A stretch of 16,938 bases of DNA from Promethearchaeota archaeon. Lineage in GTDB: Archaea; Asgardarchaeota; Lokiarchaeia; Sigyniarchaeales; SOKP01. The stretch covers positions 1-16,938 of the forward strand of contig JBHLNS010000061.1 of NCBI GenBank assembly GCA_048941285.1, given 5' to 3'. Positions 8,026 to 15,690 of the stretch are shown here, one piece after another. The first letter of the stretch is position 1, and every line of letters begins with the position of its first letter. Both the position numbers and the translations under genes were made by a program. Under the pieces are notes generated by a model. That model was not told the origin of the DNA, did no database searches, and saw only the letters and a list, made by a program, of their open reading frames with translations.

Positions 8026-8169
8026 ATGGAGTTATTTGAAGAAGAAGTCGAAATTTATAACTCTAAAATGAAGAACCTAGCATGGCTTTACGATGAACTA
8101 AGACTCCAACCTGAAATATTAAAAGATATTATCAACGAGAGAGGGCAAAAATTACCATTAAATGTATAG
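8026..8169 (+). CDS. Small hypothetical protein, 47 aa (not in the ORF track)
   Basis: ATG 8026 to TAG 8167-8169 encodes MELFEEEVEIYNSKMKNLAWLYDELRLQPEILKDIINERGQKLPLNV. Amphipathic helical composition. Fills an otherwise empty gap and overlaps the convergent pcp 3' end by 12 nt. Confidence 0.55.
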   Translation: MELFEEEVEIYNSKMKNLAWLYDELRLQPEILKDIINERGQKLPLNV

Positions 8170-8730
8170 ATCCTTTTTCAAATTAATTTTTATTATTGAG
8201 CTTAATATTGTCTTAACTTTTTGAATATATTCAGGTAAATTTCCTTCTGAAGGTATATGAATAAATATAACGGGATATTCCTTTTTTGAAAGATAAAGCG
8301 CCCAATAATAAAGGTAATTACATATATAGAATCCAGGAAAAAAAGATATTGAGATTTTTTCCTTATCTTCGAGACTTGCGTAAATTCCATTAAGGTTTAA
8401 AATAGTTTTAATCCAAGGAGGAGAATTGAATTTTATTGGTCCAAATTTAAACTTATTATCTTCATCATCTCCTAACTTAAAGTTCCATGCATTATATTCA
8501 AGGTTGAAATTTCTTTTTGTATGTATTCCTAAAAGCACTACTAATTCAGGATTAGATTGTAACTTATATAAAATTCCTTTATAAATTCTAATACTCTCTT
8601 TCCAATTCACAGGTATTATTTTTTTTATAAAGTGAAATTCATCAAGTTCAAAGGGTAATTTCTTCACTATTTGACTACTTAAATTTACGGTATACCTGCC
8701 AAATGGACCAAAACCTGTTAAAATAATCAA
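8158..8730 (-). CDS. pcp: Pyroglutamyl-peptidase I (pyrrolidone-carboxylate peptidase, peptidase C15)
   Basis: ILTGFGPFG...N.S, FNLEYNAWN (catalytic Glu), GFYICNYLYY (catalytic Cys) and IFIHIP (catalytic His). TTG start. Confidence 0.88.
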   Translation of the reverse strand: MIILTGFGPFGRYTVNLSSQIVKKLPFELDEFHFIKKIIPVNWKESIRIYKGILYKLQSNPELVVLLGIHTKRNFNLEYNAWNFKLGDDEDNKFKFGPIKFNSPPWIKTILNLNGIYASLEDKEKISISFFPGFYICNYLYYWALYLSKKEYPVIFIHIPSEGNLPEYIQKVKTILSSIIKINLKKDLYI

Positions 8731-8801
8731 ATTGAAACAAAATTAGAGATAAATTTTCTATTAAAATTTAAAAAAATGTACAGAAAAAAATCTTTTTGAT
8801 A

Positions 8802-9221
8802 CTAATCTAAGGCAGCTTGTTTTGCTTTCTCTTTTTCCAAAGTAGCTAATTGTTTTTCTAAAGATTTTATTTCTGATTGAACTTCTTTTATCTGATTTTT
8901 CTTATCATTATCAATTTCTTTCAATTTGGCGTTTAAAGCCTTCGATTTTTCATTTTTCAGCTGATTTAGTGATTTACTAGCCAGTTGAGCAGAAGATTTC
9001 TTTTCTTTCTTTTTCTGGGTCCACTCTTCTACTTTTTGAATAGCTTCATCTCTCAAATTTTCTTCTTCATTTAATTTTAATTTAGCAGCGTCAATTTTAG
9101 GATCAAATTCCTCTTCGATTTCTGCTTCTGCTGAAGCTTCTTTTTTTGAAGCCTCTTCTTCAATTCTGGTTATTTCATCTTCTTTTGCGCTGATCTGACC
9201 TCTAATATACTCTTCAGACAT
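8802..9221 (-). CDS. Hypothetical all-coiled-coil protein
   Basis: 139 aa, almost entirely E/K/A/Q/L in heptad pattern, with a single Pro and a single Gly. Confidence 0.85.
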   Translation of the reverse strand: MSEEYIRGQISAKEDEITRIEEEASKKEASAEAEIEEEFDPKIDAAKLKLNEEENLRDEAIQKVEEWTQKKKEKKSSAQLASKSLNQLKNEKSKALNAKLKEIDNDKKNQIKEVQSEIKSLEKQLATLEKEKAKQAALD

Positions 9222-9386
9222 ATTACATCATTTTTTATTAATTCAAATTCTATTATTTTATATTATAATTTTGTTAAATAATCAAATCTTTTAAATTTTA
9301 GGCTTAGTATAGCTATTTAAAGATAAATCGCTTTTTAACCATTTTATTAGGTTATTTAAGGGTAATTTGTTAGCTTTTTATAATTA

Positions 9387-9905
9387 TTATTCATCCTTTA
9401 TAGTGAATTCCCATGCACACCAATAGTTTTCCGGATGTTTATCTGGAGGACATGCAATGCATTTTGTTTCAATACGAGGATCTATAGTTTTAGCAAATAA
9501 ACTATATTCTGGTATGCCCACTTGCTTACAAGGAAAATCTGTAAGTCCTTTACGTTTTCTAGCAGATTGAACTCGACAATCATTCATTCGAAATACACAT
9601 TTATAGTCTGAAATCTTAAAAGTTTCTTGTTTGTTAATATTAGCATAAACTCTATATTTTAAAGCTTCTATTAATGCTGGGATTCCTCCATTTTCGGAGA
9701 TTTTAAATCGATCCTTAATCCTTTTTGCCTCAATCACGGTAAATTTCTTCCACTGCGCTATATCAAGATCTATAGCTTTATCAAGTCCAAATTCATTCTC
9801 TACTGCTTGAAACCAAGTACCATCAATAGCTAGCCAATTTTTAGAGAGATCTTCAATATAATTTAATAATTCTTCCTTCGAAAGACTTTCAATATCTTCT
9901 CTCAA
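9387..9905 (-). CDS. DUF6125 family protein (Cys-rich, probably metal-binding)
   Basis: KNWLAIDGTWFQAVE..FG...A, MNDCRVQSARKRKGL.DFPCK.VG and IDPRI.T.CIACPPD.HP..YWC.WEF match the DUF6125 pattern as I recall it. TTG start. Confidence 0.8.
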   Translation of the reverse strand: MREDIESLSKEELLNYIEDLSKNWLAIDGTWFQAVENEFGLDKAIDLDIAQWKKFTVIEAKRIKDRFKISENGGIPALIEALKYRVYANINKQETFKISDYKCVFRMNDCRVQSARKRKGLTDFPCKQVGIPEYSLFAKTIDPRIETKCIACPPDKHPENYWCAWEFTIKDE

Positions 9906-9951
9906 ATTTAAAACCCATTAAAATAGAAAAACTTTATTCATGAGAATTTTA

Positions 9952-9964
9952 GAAAGCTTATATA
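9952..9964 (+). promoter_or_regulatory. BRE + TATA promoter, probably for the aconitase gene
   Basis: GAAAGC-TTATATA is a close match to the archaeal BRE/TATA consensus. It implies a TSS near 9986-9988. Confidence 0.5.
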
Positions 9965-10124
9965 CTTGAGTGTAGTTTCACCTCTGATAAAGTAAAATTT
10001 CTTAAAAATTAGGGGATAAAGGTGGGTTGACTCTAAAAGAAAAATTTAATAGTATTTTAAATTTAATTATTTTAGTATTTACTTTATCCAGTAATGCATA
10101 AAATTAATAAATTTGTTGAATAAA

Positions 10125-12050
10125 ATGGGAAAAACTTTAACCGAAAAAATTATTGAAGCCCATCTAGTAGAGGGAACCTTAGAAAGAGGATCGGATATAA
10201 GCATTAAAATAGACCAAACCCTTACACAAGATGCCACTGGAACTATGGCATATCTACAGTTTGAAGCTATGGGTATTGAGCGTGTACAAACTGAGCTATC
10301 AGTTAGTTATATTGACCATAATACATTACAAGAGGATTATAAAAACCCCGATGATCATAGATATTTACAAAGTATAGCAGCCAAATATGGAATTTATTTA
10401 TCTCGTCCAGGGAATGGTATATGCCACCAAGTTCATCTAGAAAGGTTTGCTCGTCCAGGTAAAACACTTCTGGGTTCAGATAGCCACACTCCTACTGGAG
10501 GTGGAGTAGGAATGATTGCAATAGGAGCAGGAGGGCTGGATGTTGCTGCAGCGATGGCAGGAGAACCCTTTAGTTTAAAAATGCCGAAAATTGTAAATGT
10601 ACATTTAACTGGCAAGCTATCTAATTTCGTGTCTGCTAAAGATGTTATATTGGAAGTTTTACGAATACTTGGTGTAAAAGGAGGAGTGAATAAAGTATTA
10701 GAATATACAGGACAAGGAGTAAAAACCTTATCAGTTCCAGAACGGGGAACGATTACAAATATGGGAACTGAAACAGGTGCAACTACTTCAATATTTCCAT
10801 CTGACGAGATTACAAGAGAATTTCTTAATTCTCAAGAAAGAGGAGATCAGTGGATTTCTTTAAAAGCTGATCCAGATGCTAGATATGATGAAAAAGTTGA
10901 AATTGATTTAAGTAAAATTGAACCACTTATAGCGGAACCTCATAGTCCAGGGAATATAAAGAGTGTTAAAGAAATCGAGGGTTTAAAAGTAGATCAGGTA
11001 TGTATTGGGTCTTGTACAAATAGTTCATTACGAGATCTTAAAATTGCGGCAAATATGTTAAAAGGCAAGACTATAAATCAAAACGTAAGCCTTACAGTAT
11101 CCCCAGGCTCAAGACAAGTTGTGGATCATATGATCCGTTCTGGAGAAATGGGTTATTTTGTTGAAGCCGGTGCTAGAATACTTGAAAATACTTGTGGGCC
11201 ATGTATTGGGATGGGACTTGCTCCAAAAAGCGACGCAGTTTCATTAAGAACCTTTAACAGAAATTTTCTTGGCAGATCTGGAACAAAAAGTGCTAAGGTA
11301 TACCTTGTAAGCCCAGAAGTAGCTGCTATGGCCGCAATAGAAGGAAAAGTAATAGATCCTAGAAAATTTGAAAAGAAGTTCAACATCGAAATGCCAGAGA
11401 AGTTTTTGGTAAATGATAATATGATTATTCCACCATTACCGTTGGAAAAGGCAAAAGAAGTGGAGATTATTAGAGGCCCAAATATAAAACCTTTACCTGA
11501 ATTTAATCCTTTAACAAATAAGTTAGAAGGAGAAGTTCTTTTAAAAGTTGAAGACGATATAACAACAGATCATATAATGCCTGCTGGAGCACAAATATTG
11601 CCATTAAGGAGTAACATACCAGAAATAAGCAAACATGTTTTCAAAGTGATTGATGATTCTTTTCATGACCGGGCTATAGAAAAAGGAGGAGGGTTTATTA
11701 TTGCTGGCGATAACTATGGACAAGGTTCAAGTCGTGAACATGCTGCAATTGCCCCTAAGTTTCTTGGAGTTAAAGCTGTTATCGTAAAAAGCTTTGCTCG
11801 TATACATTTAGCTAATCTTGTAAATTTTGGAATCGTTCCATTAACTTTTGTAAATAAAGAAGATTATAATAAAATTTCGCCTGGAGATCGAATCGATATT
11901 GATTTAACTACAATCAATACGGGTAAAGTTTTATTAAAAAACCTTTCAAAAAATCTTGATATTGAATTAACTCATTCATTAAGTGACCAAGATTTAAAAG
12001 AGTTAATGGCGGGAGGAAAACTTACCCTTATAAAGCAAAAACATACATAA
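10125..12050 (+). CDS. acn: Aconitate hydratase (single-chain, small 'Aquifex-type' putative aconitase)
   Basis: QDATG, IDHN, GICHQV, GSDSHT, 4Fe-4S cysteines in IGSCTN and CGPCIG, RTFNRNF.GR, and a swivel domain with ITTDHI and NYGQGSSREHAA. The likely start is ATG 10125 (MGKTLTEKI) rather than TTG 10113. Confidence 0.92.
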   Translation: MGKTLTEKIIEAHLVEGTLERGSDISIKIDQTLTQDATGTMAYLQFEAMGIERVQTELSVSYIDHNTLQEDYKNPDDHRYLQSIAAKYGIYLSRPGNGICHQVHLERFARPGKTLLGSDSHTPTGGGVGMIAIGAGGLDVAAAMAGEPFSLKMPKIVNVHLTGKLSNFVSAKDVILEVLRILGVKGGVNKVLEYTGQGVKTLSVPERGTITNMGTETGATTSIFPSDEITREFLNSQERGDQWISLKADPDARYDEKVEIDLSKIEPLIAEPHSPGNIKSVKEIEGLKVDQVCIGSCTNSSLRDLKIAANMLKGKTINQNVSLTVSPGSRQVVDHMIRSGEMGYFVEAGARILENTCGPCIGMGLAPKSDAVSLRTFNRNFLGRSGTKSAKVYLVSPEVAAMAAIEGKVIDPRKFEKKFNIEMPEKFLVNDNMIIPPLPLEKAKEVEIIRGPNIKPLPEFNPLTNKLEGEVLLKVEDDITTDHIMPAGAQILPLRSNIPEISKHVFKVIDDSFHDRAIEKGGGFIIAGDNYGQGSSREHAAIAPKFLGVKAVIVKSFARIHLANLVNFGIVPLTFVNKEDYNKISPGDRIDIDLTTINTGKVLLKNLSKNLDIELTHSLSDQDLKELMAGGKLTLIKQKHT

Positions 12051-12100
12051 TAGTAAAATAAACAAAAATTTTTTTTATTCTTTTTAAACTTATCATTTTA

Positions 12101-12883
12101 ATGTTTGATAAAAAATTCAAGCAAGATCCAAAAGAACGATTTTCTTCAAGAGTAGAACGATACATCAAATATAGACCAGGCTATCCTAAAGAAATAATTA
12201 CATTCTTGAAAGAGAAAAGAATTTTACATTCTAATTCAACAATTGCTGATATTGGGTCTGGTACAGGCATATTAAGTCAATTATTTCTCAAAGAAGGAAA
12301 TTATGTATATGGAATCGAGCCTAATGTTGATATGAGAACAGCAGCAGAAAAATTGTTAAGTAAATATCCAAAATTTATAAGTATTGACGGTTCTGCAGAA
12401 AATACTACATTAGATTCCAAGAGTATTGATATAATTACAGCAGGTCAAGCATTTCATTGGTTTGATTTAGAAAAAGCAAGACTAGAGTTTTTACGTATTC
12501 TTAAATCAGGAGGGTGGATTATTTTAATTTGGAATCGTCGGAAAAAGGATACAAACGAATTTTTAAAAGAATATGAAAAATTCCTCTTAAAATATGGTAC
12601 AGATTATAAAACTATAGAGCAAAGCAAACTTAACTTTCGTAAATTTTTTAGTGGAGATAAATTAGACAAAAATTATGAGAGAGAAAAATTCGATAATCAT
12701 CAGATATTTGATTATGATGGTTTAGAAGGGCGATTACTCTCAACTTCATATATCCCATTAGAAAAACATCCTAAATATGACGATATGCTACTTGACTTAA
12801 AGAAATTATTCGAAAAATATCAACAAGACAAGCTTATTAGGTTTGAATATGATACAGAGATAATTTATGGACAACTAATCTAA
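12101..12883 (+). CDS. Class I SAM-dependent methyltransferase
   Basis: RFS..VE.Y.KYRPGYP, IADIGSGTG (motif I), GIEPN..M, GSAE.T.L, DIITAGQAFHWFD and EF.RILK.GG. Confidence 0.92.
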   Translation: MFDKKFKQDPKERFSSRVERYIKYRPGYPKEIITFLKEKRILHSNSTIADIGSGTGILSQLFLKEGNYVYGIEPNVDMRTAAEKLLSKYPKFISIDGSAENTTLDSKSIDIITAGQAFHWFDLEKARLEFLRILKSGGWIILIWNRRKKDTNEFLKEYEKFLLKYGTDYKTIEQSKLNFRKFFSGDKLDKNYEREKFDNHQIFDYDGLEGRLLSTSYIPLEKHPKYDDMLLDLKKLFEKYQQDKLIRFEYDTEIIYGQLI

Positions 12884-12896
12884 GCTCAATAAAAAT

Positions 12897-13892
12897 TTAA
12901 TGTTCTTTTAAATAATAATTGATAGTTCCCTTTATCATTTCATATTTTTTAAGTGAAGTGGAAATTTCCCCTCTTTTTAATAGCTCTAATCCATCATCAT
13001 TCAATTTCTTAACTTTCTCCTTTAATTCTTCAAATTGAAAGTCTTTTTGGAGTATTATTAGAGTTTTTGAATATTCTTCAACAATTTCAGTTTTTCCTAC
13101 TGATTGAGCAAGCTTAATAAATGAATCGCATTTTATAATTGCTTTTTCAAAATCTTTCTTTTCCTGCAGATTTTTTATTTCATTTTTAAACGTTTCAAGT
13201 GTTTTTATTACTTTTAGATACGATTTTTCCACATTTAAAACGTCAGCATTAATATATTCTAATTCTTTAAGATGTTCTTCAATTCTATTTTCTTTTAGTT
13301 GTTTTATAATGTCTGTTAGTTTTGGTTTAAGTTCATCAAAAAGGAATTTTTCCTTTAATTCAATACTTTGTGCAATTATTTTTTGGGCTTTATCTATTAA
13401 TTCTTTCTTTTTTTTAGCTTCTAAATGGCTTTGCTCAAGATCATACCATTTTTTATTTAATTCATCTTCATTAATTTGAGAAAGTAAATTTTTAGCTTTT
13501 TCTAGTGTTTCTTTTGTTTTTATGAAATCTTTAACATCGAAACCAGCTTTAAAACTATATTCCAAATTATTTAAACCATTTTTTAACTCTTTTATTTTCT
13601 CAAGTCTTAGCCTCTCTTGTTCAGCACGTAATTTTTCACGATCTCTTTCCTCTTTTTCTTCGAATAGTTTTTTTATTCGAGCAATAAATTCTTCTTGTTC
13701 TTGAACAAAAGAGTTTAATCCTTCCGGCTTAGCTAATTCGATAATTTCATAAGCAAGTGATAAAGCTTCTTTTAATTGCCCTTTTATATATGACTGACCT
13801 TGAACAGCAAGCCTATTATCAATTTGTTCTACTATTCTAATCATCCTTTTTTCTTCCTTTTCTTCTAAAGTTTCTGTTTGATCTTCAGTCAT
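12897..13892 (-). CDS. Helical-repeat/coiled-coil protein, headless paralog of the rod region of 13912-15534
   Basis: 331 aa, all-alpha. Residues ~100-280 align without gaps to residues ~244-424 of the upstream protein. Confidence 0.88.
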   Translation of the reverse strand: MTEDQTETLEEKEEKRMIRIVEQIDNRLAVQGQSYIKGQLKEALSLAYEIIELAKPEGLNSFVQEQEEFIARIKKLFEEKEERDREKLRAEQERLRLEKIKELKNGLNNLEYSFKAGFDVKDFIKTKETLEKAKNLLSQINEDELNKKWYDLEQSHLEAKKKKELIDKAQKIIAQSIELKEKFLFDELKPKLTDIIKQLKENRIEEHLKELEYINADVLNVEKSYLKVIKTLETFKNEIKNLQEKKDFEKAIIKCDSFIKLAQSVGKTEIVEEYSKTLIILQKDFQFEELKEKVKKLNDDGLELLKRGEISTSLKKYEMIKGTINYYLKEH

Positions 13893-13911
13893 ATTCCTAT
13901 ATCCCTTTTAT

Positions 13912-15534
13912 TTAACTTTGATAGTCCTGTAAATGTATTATTATCTGTTCAAATAATTCTAATGAATCTGAACAAAACCCATCATCTAAAGCATCAATAG
14001 CATTTTTACTTAAAAGCTCTATTTTTTCTAAAAATTGTTTAGCGGCATTAAATTTAGAAATATAGTCATCCCATTTCTTTTTTATGTCATTATTTACAAT
14101 TTCTGAGAGAATTATTGATCCATTTTCAAGAATAGCTTTCATTTTATCAATTTCCATTGAATTTAAAGATAAATTGAAATTTTTTTCTAAGTTTAGAAGC
14201 TGTGATTCAAGTTCTTTTTGTTTTTCTTTGTACTCCTCTATTTCTTTAATCTTTATTTTTGTTAATTCTAAAACTTTAGTATAACTTTCTGCTATTTCAA
14301 TTTTCCCTATTAATTGAGCAAAACCGATAAGTTGAGTACAATCTTTTACAATTTGATTTAACTGATTATTTTCACTCTCGTTTTTTATTCTCTTTTCTAA
14401 TTCTGTAATATCTCTAATAATATTATTATATGATTGTTCAGAAGCTTCTGTTTCATCTTTCAATAGATTTAATTTACTTCGATATTCTGGAACATCATTA
14501 ATATCTAATTGTCTACTGAATTCTTCAATTTTTATTTTCAATTCAGAATATTGATGATTTTCTTTTAATTCTGGGAACTTTTTAGAAAATTTATCAAATC
14601 TCTTAATAAATTCTAATTTTTCTTTAGTATCTTGTACTTTTTTATTTAGATTCTCCCATTTTGTCCTAATTTTTTCATCTAATAGATTTGAGAGAAGAGT
14701 TATTCCATTTTCAAAAATCTCAGTTGCTTTAGATAAATCAAGATTTTCTAAAGAGGAGTTTAATTCTTTTTCTAATAAAATGAGATTATTTTTTATCTTC
14801 TCTTGTCCCGAATTCCAATTTCTTTTTTCCTTTAAGATTAATTCTTTAGCACTTGGTATTAAAGATAAATCATATATACTTTCAAATTTTTCAATAAAAT
14901 CTTTAACCAGGTTATGAGCTTCTAGTACTTTATTAGAAGATATTAATTCCTTATATTCCTTCTCAACTTTAATTGTCTCTTTTTCTAATTGAGAGACAAT
15001 TTCTTTATTTTCATATTTTTCAGTTAACTCTGATATTAACCTTTTTTGTTCTGTTGCAAGAGCATCGTCTTGTATTTTTTTTGCTAATTCTATAATTTCT
15101 TTCAATAGATTAATTGCATTTTTATATTGTTCAGATTTTATTAATTCCTCTGATTTATCTTTTAAAGCATCTACTTTTTCTAAAATTGGCAAAACTGATT
15201 TTTCTTGATGATTTATAATTTTATATAATTCTTCTTTTCTGATATTTAAATTATAAAAGAATTCTAATGGTTCAGCCCTCATATCAAAAGTAATATTTCT
15301 AATAATTCGAAAATCAGGGAATTCATCTTTTAATAACACACGAATTTGAGAAATATGGTTTTTTAAAGCTTGAGTTGCATTTCTCCCAATCCATATATAC
15401 ATTGTTTTTATTTTTTGGATATAAATAGCTAAAATATTTACAATTGTAAACACTTCTTTAATGTTTGCATAAGCTATCTCATCAAAAGTTCCATCAAAAT
15501 TAAGCTTGAAAGTTTTTATCATATGTTCAACCAT
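13912..15534 (-). CDS. Protein with an N-terminal divergent gelsolin-like domain and a long helical-repeat rod
   Basis: Residues 34-96 contain ILAIY..KIKTMYIWIGRNAT...long helix...ITFDMRAEPLEFF, matching the gelsolin-repeat hallmarks (Y/F).W.G..(A/S) and E(P/S).EF. The remaining ~440 aa are helical modules with an internal repeat (244-305 vs 439-500). Confidence 0.75.
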   Translation of the reverse strand: MVEHMIKTFKLNFDGTFDEIAYANIKEVFTIVNILAIYIQKIKTMYIWIGRNATQALKNHISQIRVLLKDEFPDFRIIRNITFDMRAEPLEFFYNLNIRKEELYKIINHQEKSVLPILEKVDALKDKSEELIKSEQYKNAINLLKEIIELAKKIQDDALATEQKRLISELTEKYENKEIVSQLEKETIKVEKEYKELISSNKVLEAHNLVKDFIEKFESIYDLSLIPSAKELILKEKRNWNSGQEKIKNNLILLEKELNSSLENLDLSKATEIFENGITLLSNLLDEKIRTKWENLNKKVQDTKEKLEFIKRFDKFSKKFPELKENHQYSELKIKIEEFSRQLDINDVPEYRSKLNLLKDETEASEQSYNNIIRDITELEKRIKNESENNQLNQIVKDCTQLIGFAQLIGKIEIAESYTKVLELTKIKIKEIEEYKEKQKELESQLLNLEKNFNLSLNSMEIDKMKAILENGSIILSEIVNNDIKKKWDDYISKFNAAKQFLEKIELLSKNAIDALDDGFCSDSLELFEQIIIHLQDYQS

Positions 15535-15580
15535 AAAAGCTCATCTTTCAACCATGCAATAAACTAGTTAAAGAAGATAC

Positions 15581-15595
15581 TTTTAAACGTTTGCG
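15581..15595 (-). promoter_or_regulatory. BRE + TATA promoter of the gelsolin-like operon
   Basis: The minus strand reads CGCAAACG-TTTAAAA, implying a TSS near 15555-15559. Confidence 0.55.
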
Positions 15596-15690
15596 ATTAG
15601 AAATTAGAAATTACGTCATTTTTTAAAAAAAGCCAAATTTACGTATCTTAATAATACAGAACACAAATAAGTCAATCAATTTAATCCAAA

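Noticed and set aside
7727-8390. Minus-strand ORFs 7727-7936 and 8202-8390
   Set aside because: The first is antisense to 7459-7872 and the second is an alternative frame inside pcp. Neither has recognisable features.
8802-9221. ESCRT-III/Snf7 or prefoldin assignment
   Set aside because: No family-specific motifs visible, such as beta-hairpins or an acidic MIM tail. Coiled-coil composition alone is insufficient.
10083-10102. Canonical iron-responsive element before aconitase (TTTATC-CAGTAA-TGCATAAA)
   Set aside because: The loop is CAGUAA, not CAGUGH, and the 5-bp upper stem with a bulged C is absent. It is not a canonical IRE.
10433-11386. Minus-strand ORFs 10433-10615 and 11153-11386
   Set aside because: Antisense shadows of aconitase.
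13522-14284. Plus-strand ORFs 13522-13704 and 14084-14284
   Set aside because: S/F/L-rich antisense shadows of the K/E-rich helical genes.
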